Origin: Pirellulales bacterium
Lineage (GTDB): Bacteria; Planctomycetota; Planctomycetia; Pirellulales; JAICIG01
DNA length: 64,000 bases
Direction of reading: 5' to 3'
Assembly: GCA_040901675.1 (NCBI GenBank)
Contig: JBBDYJ010000017.1
Span: forward strand, 1-64,000
In this document: in pieces, positions 7,842 through 17,297 of the stretch
How positions within the stretch are numbered: the stretch's first letter is position 1
Layout: the number at the start of each line of letters is the position of its first letter
The notes under the pieces: model-generated
Databases searched by the model: none
The model's input: only the letters and a program-made list of their open reading frames with translations
What the model was told of the DNA's origin: nothing
Program-made: the position numbers and the translations under genes

Positions 7842-9755
7842 TTGACCAAGAACGATGACTTGGCCGAGCTGGCGGCGACCGAAGGGCGCAACCCGGCTTC
7901 GGAGCGGCTGGACGAGCTGTCCGCGATCGAGATCGTGCGCCTGATGAACGCTGAGGACGCCCGCGTGGCCGGGGCGGTGGCAGGCGCGGCGGACAAGATC
8001 GCCGAGGCGATCGACGCGATTGCCGAGCGGCTGCGGCGCGGCGGGCGGTTGATCTACACCGGGGCCGGCACGTCGGGCCGCTTGGGCGTGCTCGATGCCA
8101 GCGAGTGCCCGCCGACCTTCGACTTGCCGCCCGGGCAAGTCGTGGGATTGATCGCCGGCGGCCCAGCCGCGTTGACCTGGGCCGCGGAGGGGGCCGAGGA
8201 CCGCCCGGAACTGGCGCGGGCCGACCTGGAAGCGATTGGCCTCGATAGTCGCGATGCTGTCGTCGGAATCGCCACCAGCGGCCGCACGCCGTACGTGATC
8301 GCGGGGCTTGAATTTGCCCGCGGCGCCGGCGCGTACACGATCGCAATCAGCGCGAACTACGAGTCAAGCGTGGCGGCGGCGGCCCAACTGGCGATTACCG
8401 TGGTCGTCGGACCCGAGGTGGTCAGCGGCTCGACTCGGCTGAAGGCGGGCACCGCCACCAAGATGGTGTTGAACATGCTCTCGACGGGGGCCATGGTGCG
8501 GATCGGCAAGACGTACGGCAACTTGATGGTCGACATGCGGGCGACCAACAGCAAGCTCATCGCGCGGGCCAGGCGGATTGTCTCGCAGCTCACCGGTCTC
8601 GATCCCCAACAGGCCGAGCGGTTGCTGGAGTCGTGCGGAGGCGAAGTGAAGACAGCAGTTGTCGTCGCCCGCTGTGCTGTGACTCCGGACGTGGCACGGC
8701 AGCGGCTGGCCGGAGCGGCCGGCCAGCTTCGCGGCGCGCTGGCCGAAGCGACCAACCTGTCACCTCCTTCGCTCCGCGGCGCCAGGCCGCTCGAGCGGAC
8801 CGGCGGCACCGCGGCCGGTGACCTGGTGCTCGGCATCGACGGGGGAGGCAGCGGCACGCTGGCCCTGCTGGCAAGACGCGAACCTGCCGGCGACGAGGCC
8901 GTGCTTGGGCGGGGCAGGGCAGGGCCCTCCAATCCTCAGGTCGCCGGCTTCGGTCCGGCGTGCACGGCAATCGAGGAGGCGATCGCCAACGCCTTCGCCG
9001 ATGCGCAAGTGCTACAGGGACCGGTGGCCTCCGCCTGTCTGGCACTGGCGGGCGCGGGGCGCGATGAAGACCGGATCGAGCTGGAGCGCTGGGCCGCCGC
9101 CAGGCAGGTGGCGCACCAATTCGTGCAGGTACACGACGCCTTGCCGGTGCTCGCGGCCGGCACCCCGGACGGCTGGGGTGTCGCGCTGGTGGCCGGCACC
9201 GGTTCGCTGGCCTTCGGCCGCAACCGCGACGGAACGACGGCCCGGTCGGGCGGCTGGGGATACCTGTTGGGCGACGAAGGCAGCGCCTATGCTCTGTCCT
9301 TGGAAGCTTTGCGAGCGGCGGTCCAGGCATCCGACGGGCGAGGGCCGCGAACTTTGCTGGAAGAACGTCTGATGGCCGAGCTGAACGTTACCCGGGCGGA
9401 ACAACTCATTCCCGCCATCTACGCCGGCGGCCGCGACCGGCGGGCCATCGCCCAGCTCGCTCGCCTGGTGACGCAGGCGGCAGAGGAAGCCGACGACGTT
9501 GCGGTGCGGATCGTCGAGCGGGCGGCCGGCGAGCTGGCGCGGATGGTGCTTGCAGTCGCCCGGCAGCTTGGCATGATGGAACAGGCCACGCCGTTGGCGT
9601 TGGCCGGCGGAGTGCTGGGCGGGGCCACGTGGCTGGTGGATCGGCTCGAGTCACGGCTGCGAGAGAACGGGCTCGTGCCCCAGCCGATCCAGTTTGTTTC
9701 CGAGCCTGCGCTGGGCGCCCTCAAGATCGCAAGACAGCCATGGACCACAACGTAG
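7842..9755 (+). CDS. murQ: N-acetylmuramic acid 6-phosphate etherase fused to BadF/BadG-family sugar kinase
   Basis: TTG start after GGAGG. GAGTSGRLGVLDASECPPTF, GAED and GPEVVSGSTRLKAGTATK are MurQ motifs. LGIDGGGS, AGTGS, GGWGYLLGDEGSAY and LAGGV are kinase motifs. Confidence 0.92.
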   Translation: MTKNDDLAELAATEGRNPASERLDELSAIEIVRLMNAEDARVAGAVAGAADKIAEAIDAIAERLRRGGRLIYTGAGTSGRLGVLDASECPPTFDLPPGQVVGLIAGGPAALTWAAEGAEDRPELARADLEAIGLDSRDAVVGIATSGRTPYVIAGLEFARGAGAYTIAISANYESSVAAAAQLAITVVVGPEVVSGSTRLKAGTATKMVLNMLSTGAMVRIGKTYGNLMVDMRATNSKLIARARRIVSQLTGLDPQQAERLLESCGGEVKTAVVVARCAVTPDVARQRLAGAAGQLRGALAEATNLSPPSLRGARPLERTGGTAAGDLVLGIDGGGSGTLALLARREPAGDEAVLGRGRAGPSNPQVAGFGPACTAIEEAIANAFADAQVLQGPVASACLALAGAGRDEDRIELERWAAARQVAHQFVQVHDALPVLAAGTPDGWGVALVAGTGSLAFGRNRDGTTARSGGWGYLLGDEGSAYALSLEALRAAVQASDGRGPRTLLEERLMAELNVTRAEQLIPAIYAGGRDRRAIAQLARLVTQAAEEADDVAVRIVERAAGELARMVLAVARQLGMMEQATPLALAGGVLGGATWLVDRLESRLRENGLVPQPIQFVSEPALGALKIARQPWTTT

Positions 9756-9848
9756 CAGGACTCGCCCGGGCTGTGCTGTCGGGTGCCTGGTGGCAAAGCG
9801 GTAGCGTGCCCCAGTCTTTGTCCGTTCCGTCCGTGTTCGCCTTGTCAC

Positions 9849-10709
9849 CTACCTCGGCTTGCGGAAGACTCCAAGAATCGAAGTCCCCCAGGGAAAACGA
9901 ACCCAGTGGCCCAAGGGAGTCTCCAAACCGAACACCAGCCGCAGGCAGCAGTTCACGATCGCCGGCGGCACGGCATGGGTCCTTTGATACAACTCGATTC
10001 TTTCCTGCGGCGACATTCGCTCGACATCTGGGGGAAATGCACGGCTGGCGAGCAGCAGTGGGCTGAGCAGGAACATGAAGTAGCGTGCGTCGGCCAGCTC
10101 GAACCCGCCGCGCCGGGCAAGCCGCTGAAAACCGCTCCGCGAGTACCTGCGCACGTGCCGCTCCAAGTCGTCGTTGTACGTGCGGAGCACATCGAGCGCC
10201 GGTGCAGTCACGAACAGCAGTCCGCCGGGGCGCAGCGCGCAGTGGATCTCGGCCAGCACTTGCTCGTCGTCCCGGATGTGTTCCAGCACATCGAGCAAAA
10301 AGGCCACGTCCCAGCGGTTGCTCCACCCAAGTTGGCGCAAATCGACCTGATACCGCCTTATGCTCGGCTGGAGGACCTGGCCGGCCAAGTCCAGCGCCCG
10401 CAGCGAAGAATCGGCCAGGGCGAGCTCCGGGAACGTGCCGGCCATTGCCTGACCTAGATATTTGATCCAGCCGCCACAGCCGCCGCCCAAGTCGACGGCA
10501 CTGGGAGCCGTTGGATGCGGAGGGAGCCGCCGCAGCTCCCGCCGAACGGCGTGCAATAAAAAGCGGCGGCGGCCGGCAAACCAAAAGTGCCGTGGCTCAA
10601 TCTGGGCGTAAACGTCGAGTTGCCACTGGTTGAATTCGTCGTCCCGATGCGCAATTGGGACCGGCGGCACCCAGATTCCAGCGTCATTCGGAGCGTAGCG
10701 GCCATCCAC
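9849..10709 (-). CDS. Class I SAM-dependent methyltransferase
   Basis: HFWFAGRR, VDLGGGCGG, LDVLEHI, LRPGG and HVRRYS. GTG start estimated just after the upstream stop. Confidence 0.85.
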   Translation of the reverse strand: MDGRYAPNDAGIWVPPVPIAHRDDEFNQWQLDVYAQIEPRHFWFAGRRRFLLHAVRRELRRLPPHPTAPSAVDLGGGCGGWIKYLGQAMAGTFPELALADSSLRALDLAGQVLQPSIRRYQVDLRQLGWSNRWDVAFLLDVLEHIRDDEQVLAEIHCALRPGGLLFVTAPALDVLRTYNDDLERHVRRYSRSGFQRLARRGGFELADARYFMFLLSPLLLASRAFPPDVERMSPQERIELYQRTHAVPPAIVNCCLRLVFGLETPLGHWVRFPWGTSILGVFRKPR

Positions 10710-10716
10710 CGATTCT

Positions 10717-12414
10717 TTAACGCTCGGCTCGCATGGCCCGCTCGTACTGTTCATAGGGAAAAACCTCCAGCAGCGGAACGTCGAGCCGCCACGGTCCCCA
10801 ACCCGAAGCTGGGTCCCGAATCGTCTTTTGGTACGCCGGGCGCCCGTGCTCGGCCAGCCAACGGTCCGCTGCCCGCCAGAACGGCGGCCGCCGTTGGACG
10901 ACGTACCAGCGGGTGCGGCCCGGTGGGTGCGGCTGCCATGCCCTGCGCAAGGTTCCCCAGCGCTCCATGAGGACCAGGTTGTTCGACGGGAACGCGGCAA
11001 AGGCGATCTTCTCATCCCGGTCGGTGTGCTCGTGCAGCCAATCGAGCGCCTCCCCGTCCAGCGCGTCCCAATAATATGCCGCTTCGAAGCCCGCCCGCTC
11101 CGCCCCGCGCAGCCCACCGATCAGCAGGTTGTAATAGCTCAGCCACTGCGGGGCGTACCAGGCGAGGCTGCTGGCCGAACCAGCCAACGCGGCGAACATG
11201 CCGGCAACGGCAAGCCAGGACCGCACGGGGCGCGAGCAGCGCCGCCGGGCGGCCCATTGCCAGACTACACCCGAGCCTACCCCGGCCAATGCCGCCAGAA
11301 AGGCAAAGCTCGGCAGAAAGAGCCGCTCGGCATCGTGCGGCGGCGACGGGGGCAAGGCCCGGACCACCATGAGTACGAGCCAATGGCCCACCAGGAGCAC
11401 CCCGGCGGGATTCCGCGCCCAACCGCGAAGGCTGCTGATCAGCCCAACAGCGCCCAGGGCAAGAGTTCCGGCCGGCACGGTGATCGCCGTCCAGACCAGC
11501 GTGTTGTACCAGGGCAGGGGCTGGTGCATGTCGTACCGCCGCCCAAAGAAAAGCGTGGGAATATTGTAGGTATCGGCGCGGTTGAGATTCAGCTCGAAAA
11601 ACGTGGACATGCCGGCCATCGGCGCGTGCCAAAGCCGTGGATTGAGCACGAAGAACGTCACCAGCGCACCGCCGAAACCGAGCAAGAGTTTCGTGACTGC
11701 CGAACGGTCGCCGTAGATCACGGCCCAGGCAACGAAGACTGGAGGAGCCAGCCAGCCGGTGAACTTCGAGCTCATCGTCATCCCCAGCGCCAGGCCCCAC
11801 AGCACCGTCCACCGGCGGCTCTTCAGCGCCGGCGCAAAGGCCGCCCAAGCCAGAATCCAGCAACTCGTGAGTATCCCGTCGTACAAAGCGAAGTGCGCGT
11901 GGGCAAACAGCCGAGGCATCGTCAGCAGCGCCACCAGGCCGCCCAGCGCCGCGGGCGGCCCGGCGTCCTGCCACAGGCGATAAAACATCGCCCCGGCAGC
12001 TATACTGAAGAACAGCATCGGCCCGAAGCGGGCGGCCGAAAGCGGATCGAGCCAGCCGTCCGACACCCAGCGGCCAAAGGCGATCACGAGGCCGTAAAAA
12101 GCCGGGTGGCCCTCGATATCGACCGTGTATCGCCAATCCTGCTCGACCGCGGCGCGCGCGAAAGCCGCGAAACCGTCGTGGCGAAGCCGGACGAACCAAC
12201 GTGCCACCCCCTCGGCCCGCTCAATCGAAATGCCCTCGTCCCAGACCATTGGCAGTCCGGGCGACGTGGCAACCAACAGCACAAGGCAGGCCAGCGCTGC
12301 CCCGGCTGAGGCAAATAAGGTGGTCCACTCGCTCCGCGAGTGGCCTGCCGCCACGACCCAGCGCCGCCGAGCATCGCCGGACCCGGTGGTGGTGCCGTTC
12401 TGGGTGGTGTTCAT
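10717..12414 (-). CDS. ArnT/PMT-like (GT-C) membrane glycosyltransferase
   Basis: WDE motif after TM1, EGHP and SSKFTG, polytopic. Confidence 0.8.
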   Translation of the reverse strand: MNTTQNGTTTGSGDARRRWVVAAGHSRSEWTTLFASAGAALACLVLLVATSPGLPMVWDEGISIERAEGVARWFVRLRHDGFAAFARAAVEQDWRYTVDIEGHPAFYGLVIAFGRWVSDGWLDPLSAARFGPMLFFSIAAGAMFYRLWQDAGPPAALGGLVALLTMPRLFAHAHFALYDGILTSCWILAWAAFAPALKSRRWTVLWGLALGMTMSSKFTGWLAPPVFVAWAVIYGDRSAVTKLLLGFGGALVTFFVLNPRLWHAPMAGMSTFFELNLNRADTYNIPTLFFGRRYDMHQPLPWYNTLVWTAITVPAGTLALGAVGLISSLRGWARNPAGVLLVGHWLVLMVVRALPPSPPHDAERLFLPSFAFLAALAGVGSGVVWQWAARRRCSRPVRSWLAVAGMFAALAGSASSLAWYAPQWLSYYNLLIGGLRGAERAGFEAAYYWDALDGEALDWLHEHTDRDEKIAFAAFPSNNLVLMERWGTLRRAWQPHPPGRTRWYVVQRRPPFWRAADRWLAEHGRPAYQKTIRDPASGWGPWRLDVPLLEVFPYEQYERAMRAER

Positions 12415-13445
12415 CGCCCATTGGCGCTGCGAGATTCCGCCGCGGCCAGCCCAGCGGCTAATCCACGGGACTCATCGTCGCCAGCATTCGACGTGCGGCC
12501 GCGCCGGATTTCATCGATGACGAACAACGGACGCCCTTGGCTTTGCTCGTAGAGCCGGCCCAGGTATTCGCCGACTATGCCCAAGGCCAATAGTTGCAGG
12601 CTGGAAAACGCCGCGCTGATCGCCAGCACCGGCAGCCAGGCGCTCACGGCGCCCGAGCGCAGAAACGACCATCCCGCCCCGGCAATAGCTAAAACCGCCA
12701 GCCCGCCGCAGGCCAGGCCGAGCCAGGTGGCGAAGCGCAGTGGACCTGTGGAAAAGCTCGTGCCGGCATCCATGGCGAGCCGCACCATCTTCCGGAGCGG
12801 GAACTTCGTTGTTCCGTGCGCGCGGGGCGGCCGATCGTACTCGACGGCTGCGTGCCGAAAGCCAAGCCAGCCGGTCATGCCGCGCAAGAGGCGATGCCTT
12901 TCGGGCATCCGCAGCAGCTCGTCCACGACGCGCCTCGTCAACAGGCGAAACTCTCCGCTGTCGGGCTGGATGGGCGTGTCGCTCTGTCGCGCCAGCAGGC
13001 GATAAAAGGCGGCCGCCGTCGCTCGCTTGAACCACGATTCACCAGTTCGGCTGCGCCGCCGGGCGTGGACCACGTCGGCTCCCTGGTCCATTTGTTCCAG
13101 CAACTGCGGCAAAAGCTCCGGCGGATCTTGCAGATCGGCATCCAGCGTCACCACGTGCTCCCCCGCGCTGACGGCCAGCCCCGCCGACAAGGCCGCTTGC
13201 TGCCCGAAATTGCGGGAGAGGCTCACGGCGACCACTTCGGGATGGGCCGACGCCAAGTGCAGCATCACGCCGCGGGTGCCGTCGGTCGACCCGTCGTCGA
13301 CCAGGATGATCTCGAAGGGCTTCATGATCTGCCGCGCCGCCGCGTCCAAGCGCCGGTGCAGCTCGACCAGCCCGGCCTGCTCGTTGCAGCAGGGCACGAC
13401 GAACGACAGGTATGGGACGCTAGTCGAGGTGCAATGCTCGATCAT
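12411..13445 (-). CDS. GT2 polyprenol-phosphate glycosyltransferase (GtrB/ArnC-like)
   Basis: VDDGSTDGT, LSRNFGQQAAL, DADLQDPPE and GEYLGR, with two C-terminal TMs. Confidence 0.92.
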   Translation of the reverse strand: MIEHCTSTSVPYLSFVVPCCNEQAGLVELHRRLDAAARQIMKPFEIILVDDGSTDGTRGVMLHLASAHPEVVAVSLSRNFGQQAALSAGLAVSAGEHVVTLDADLQDPPELLPQLLEQMDQGADVVHARRRSRTGESWFKRATAAAFYRLLARQSDTPIQPDSGEFRLLTRRVVDELLRMPERHRLLRGMTGWLGFRHAAVEYDRPPRAHGTTKFPLRKMVRLAMDAGTSFSTGPLRFATWLGLACGGLAVLAIAGAGWSFLRSGAVSAWLPVLAISAAFSSLQLLALGIVGEYLGRLYEQSQGRPLFVIDEIRRGRTSNAGDDESRGLAAGLAAAESRSANGR

Positions 13446-14415
13446 CGATCAGCTCGCCGTCTTTTCGATTGCCAAGCCGCCTGTGGATCTCCGGATCGAT
13501 AAAATAGCTGATGTCAACCACCCTCCCATCGCAAAACACGAAATGGCAGACCCCGATGTGCGAGCTGCCGAAGCTTTCCGGCGCGGGCGCCGAGCGGTCC
13601 GGGACCGGGGGCCAGGAGACCGTGGTCCAACGCGTGTTGTCCAGGTCGTAGCCGACGAACAGGGTTTGATCATCTCCGGGGTCCGAACCGCTGGTCGAGA
13701 CGTTCTTTTCACCCACCAGGTAGGTGGCGCTCATGCCGTCGGTGATGCCAGCCAGGTGGATGACCGAATGGAAGTTCGAGACACCCGTGGCTTTCGACGA
13801 ATCTGGCCACGGGTAAGCCGGGTCGTCCGCCTGGGTATAGCTGCTGGGCCCGCCACCCACGCTGAGCTGCAGGTCGCCGCCGTTGACGGCGTAATCCGCT
13901 TTGGCTACGGAGCCGACCGGCGCGGTGTTCATCGGCGGGTAGGTCAGGTCGAACGGGTAGAGGTCCGCCCGGCGGCGGCTGGGGCAATGAAACACCGGCA
14001 GCGGCGATTGGTTGGCCGCGGCCAGCGCCTGCAGTCTGGCCTGTCCGCTCAGGCCGGACCCCATCTTGGCCAGATCGCGGCGCTCCAGGTAAGGCAGGAT
14101 GCAATAGGCCCATCCGCCCGGCTGGTTCAAGCCGGTGCCGCGGTCGGGATCCCCGTACCATTGGTAGCCCCAGCCGTTGCTCGGCAGCCGCCGCTGCGCC
14201 GACTCGTGGCCCAAGAGCGCGATCCCGATCTGCCGCAAATTGTTCCGGCAGGTGTTTCGCCGTCCTGACTCCCGTGCCATCTGAATGGCCGGCAGCAAGA
14301 GCGCCATCAGCATGCCGATGATCGAGATGACGGTCAGCAGCTCCACGACCGTCATGCCCCGCTGCTGGGATCGCGCTGGGCCGCGGCTTCGGCTGAACCG
14401 ATTGCGTGTGGACAT
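13420..14415 (-). CDS. DUF1559 prepilin-type protein
   Basis: RG|MTVVELLTVISIIGMLMALLLPAIQMARES..CRNNLRQIG, CPSRR and the H-X9-DG motif (HIGVCHFVFCDG). Confidence 0.92.
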   Translation of the reverse strand: MSTRNRFSRSRGPARSQQRGMTVVELLTVISIIGMLMALLLPAIQMARESGRRNTCRNNLRQIGIALLGHESAQRRLPSNGWGYQWYGDPDRGTGLNQPGGWAYCILPYLERRDLAKMGSGLSGQARLQALAAANQSPLPVFHCPSRRRADLYPFDLTYPPMNTAPVGSVAKADYAVNGGDLQLSVGGGPSSYTQADDPAYPWPDSSKATGVSNFHSVIHLAGITDGMSATYLVGEKNVSTSGSDPGDDQTLFVGYDLDNTRWTTVSWPPVPDRSAPAPESFGSSHIGVCHFVFCDGRVVDISYFIDPEIHRRLGNRKDGELIDDRALHLD

Positions 14416-14422
14416 GCGTGCC

Positions 14423-16738
14423 TCACTTCCCCGCTGGGGAATCGATCGCACTCGCAGGATCGATGGCCGCCGACCCTGCCTGGCCCCAGTCTAACCCAAC
14501 ACGGCGCGGCCGGCAACGAAAGCCCCACCAACCGGCCGCGGCAACGACCGCCAGACCCAACGGGCTGGCCAAGGCGCCAATCCGGAACGAGCGGGGCGCA
14601 TAGGCAAAAACGACGTGGTGGCGCCCCCGTTCGAGGTTGACCGCTCGGAACACCCCGTGGGCGCTGGTGATCGGGGTCTCGTGTCCGTCCACGGTACAGG
14701 TCCATCCCGGGTAGTAGGTGTCGGCGACGACCAGCGTGCCGGCCGAGGGCGCCTCCACCTCAATGGATAGACCGTGCGGATTGTCCTCCATGAGTTCGAC
14801 GGTTCTAGCAAGCGCCTCCCGCAGTATACGCAACTCCCCCTCGCCCAGCTCGCCGATTGGGACGTCGCAAAGCCGGGCGGCTGGTTCGCGGATAAACCTG
14901 AGCCGCGGCAGGGAACCGTCGAGTTCCTTCCAAGGCTTGTTCCGCGCGACCCAAACGTAGTCGCACCCGCTGAGGCGCAGCACGACCGGCGGATCGTGCT
15001 CAATGGCCGTATACAGGCGATCCAGAGCGGCGGGCAGGATCCCGCCGTCCTGCGTGTTGACCGCCGTTCGCCGCGCCGAGATCGCCAGCGGGACGGCCCG
15101 GCTATATTGCAGCGATATCCGGCCGAGCTCCGGGTAGGAAGGCGCCTGGGCGAATCGAGCGGCAGGCTCATCGGCCAGCGGCCCCAATGCCACACGCTCG
15201 TCGCGCGGCGGCACGAGGCGGAAGCGCGGCACGGTGCTCTGCCCCAGATCGGCCAGAACGACAACAATGACCGCTGCGTATGCCGCCAGGGGCCAATCGC
15301 GTCCCGAACGGCGGGCGAAGGCGGCGGCAACGATCGAACCAAAAGCGATCAGGCCAAACGCCAGCCACTCGCCGCGCAAATGGGCGCGAGCATAGCTTAT
15401 ATAGTGCTGCCAGTCGACCCGCGACGCCCAGTCCCAAATCGCGCCGAGCCAGATGCCCGCGCCGACGCAGAGCAGGGCCGCCAGCAGAATCATCGAGTCG
15501 CCGTTGCCGCGCCGGTCGCCCTTGACCAAGGCGTCGAGCCCCCGCCCGGCCAGCAGGGCGGCGAAGACCGACACCAGGGCGAACACCCGTCCTTGGCAGC
15601 GGAACCAGAACAGGCCTGGAAAAATCGCTCCCAGCGGCTCGAAGAGAGGCGTGTGCTGGCCAAGCGCAATGGCCGTGGCGACAAGAATGCCCCAGGCGGC
15701 ACCCCATTGCCAGCGCGCGGCGGTGCCGCGAGAGAGACCATACAGGGCCAAACCCAGCGTGAGCAAGCCTACGTAGCCGCCGCGCTCATGGTCGTAGCCG
15801 TTTGGCTCGAACCGCACGCTTCCCGCCACCTGGCTGCCTTTGAAATTGGGGGCGACGAGCCGCACCAGGTCGCTGCCGTCCATCGAGTATTGCCCGGCAT
15901 ACCCGGCGGAGCCTCGGTCGGACGAAGCGGCGCCGTCGCGGGCGAGCTCCACGGCGGGCAGCCATTGGACTGCGGCCAGCAGCAGCGTCGTCAGCGCCGC
16001 GGCCGCCAGCCACGCCAAAAAACGCCCCCGGTGTGCCGAGGCGGCGCCCAGCACGAGGGACCCCGCCACCCAGCACGTGCCTGCCGCCAGCGTATAGTAG
16101 ACCAACTGCGGGTGGCTGCCAAAATGAAAGCATGTGACGACCAGTGCCAGGCCCAGGCAAGCCGGCAGCGTTGGGCGCCGCGTCAACCGCAGCAGCAGCC
16201 AGAAGAACCAGGGGATCCACGCGTAGCCGAAGACGTGGGTAATGTGGCCGGCCGCCAGGTGATCGACCAGGAAGCTGCTCCAGGTAACGACGCCGGCCGA
16301 CAAGCTGGCCGCCGGCCGGCTGATTGCCAGGTGCCGCGCCAGGCCGTACTGCCCCAGGAAGCAAATCGCAAGATGGAGGAAAACGCTGACCCTAATACCG
16401 AGATTGGCCCCGAAAGCCAAAACCAGCGGCGTCAGCCCTGGATAGCAGGCCGAGGCCTGCTGGCTGGCGTGCAGCGGCGTGCCGCAACCCACGTACGGCA
16501 GCCAGAGCGGAAAGCGTCCGGCGAGCATCTCCTCACGCGAGAACTCCTGGATGGGCAAATAGAAGAGCGCGTAGTCGAGCCCTTCGACGACTCTACCATT
16601 CGGATTCAGCAGCCCGGTGAACGGAGCAAAGCATACCATCACCGCGGCTATGGGCAACCAGTGTTGTACCGTCGCCAACCAATCCGGCACATGCCGGACC
16701 ATCGCGAGCACTGCTTTATTTGCCGCTCGCGTTGTCAT
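14423..16738 (-). CDS. YfhO-like polytopic membrane protein (GT-C fold)
   Basis: GRFPLWLPY..GTPLHA, HPQ, and C-terminal LVVADTYYPGW..VDG..FRAVNLERGRHHVVFAY. Start uncertain. Confidence 0.8.
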   Translation of the reverse strand: MTTRAANKAVLAMVRHVPDWLATVQHWLPIAAVMVCFAPFTGLLNPNGRVVEGLDYALFYLPIQEFSREEMLAGRFPLWLPYVGCGTPLHASQQASACYPGLTPLVLAFGANLGIRVSVFLHLAICFLGQYGLARHLAISRPAASLSAGVVTWSSFLVDHLAAGHITHVFGYAWIPWFFWLLLRLTRRPTLPACLGLALVVTCFHFGSHPQLVYYTLAAGTCWVAGSLVLGAASAHRGRFLAWLAAAALTTLLLAAVQWLPAVELARDGAASSDRGSAGYAGQYSMDGSDLVRLVAPNFKGSQVAGSVRFEPNGYDHERGGYVGLLTLGLALYGLSRGTAARWQWGAAWGILVATAIALGQHTPLFEPLGAIFPGLFWFRCQGRVFALVSVFAALLAGRGLDALVKGDRRGNGDSMILLAALLCVGAGIWLGAIWDWASRVDWQHYISYARAHLRGEWLAFGLIAFGSIVAAAFARRSGRDWPLAAYAAVIVVVLADLGQSTVPRFRLVPPRDERVALGPLADEPAARFAQAPSYPELGRISLQYSRAVPLAISARRTAVNTQDGGILPAALDRLYTAIEHDPPVVLRLSGCDYVWVARNKPWKELDGSLPRLRFIREPAARLCDVPIGELGEGELRILREALARTVELMEDNPHGLSIEVEAPSAGTLVVADTYYPGWTCTVDGHETPITSAHGVFRAVNLERGRHHVVFAYAPRSFRIGALASPLGLAVVAAAGWWGFRCRPRRVGLDWGQAGSAAIDPASAIDSPAGK

Positions 16739-16847
16739 CGCAAACTGATCGCAACGAATGCTGCTTGCCGAATAACCGGCCGCCAACTGCTGCCGTAAAC
16801 CACATCCGCCTCGCCCTCCTTTTCGAAATTGGGGGCAGCGATGGAGG

Positions 16848-17243
16848 CTATGGCTCCGTGCATTGCGTGTAAATCTGGACTTGCGTACCGCCAGTCGAGT
16901 TGCAGTCGAAGTCAACGATCGAATCTTCGCCATATTGGCCGTTGTACCAGCATATGAAATCGCAGTCGGTGTCGAAACGCGTGCTAGGCTTCAGAATAAC
17001 AAAGCTGCCTGAAACCGCTTGCTGGCTATAGTATTGATACGCAGTCATCGTCGACTGCTGAAAATGCATCCTAAACTGACCAGTGGTGTCAGTCCAATTG
17101 TAACGGTACAGAACGTCGCACCCGAGCGTGCAATCCGCCAGGACTCGCCCAGCGAATATGCCGAAGACAGCCACGGCTAGACAACAATACTTCCCCTGTG
17201 CATGCGAGGTCTTACGCAGACCGGCGAGCATAGCTGCAAGCAT
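16848..17243 (-). CDS. Small secreted cysteine-rich protein
   Basis: GGAGG RBS. Signal peptide ends VLA|D. The mature part has 6 Cys (CTLGC, CDFIC, C, C). Confidence 0.65.
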   Translation of the reverse strand: MLAAMLAGLRKTSHAQGKYCCLAVAVFGIFAGRVLADCTLGCDVLYRYNWTDTTGQFRMHFQQSTMTAYQYYSQQAVSGSFVILKPSTRFDTDCDFICWYNGQYGEDSIVDFDCNSTGGTQVQIYTQCTEP

Positions 17244-17297
17244 GAGAGGTCCTCCGTCTAATAGACATAACTGCGGTAGTAGAACACAACAAAGCAC

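Noticed and set aside
16848..17243. RiPP precursor for the radical SAM/halogenase operon
   Set aside because: It is more than 40 kb away and has a Sec-type signal. I found no convincing short precursor ORF or RRE beside the operon.
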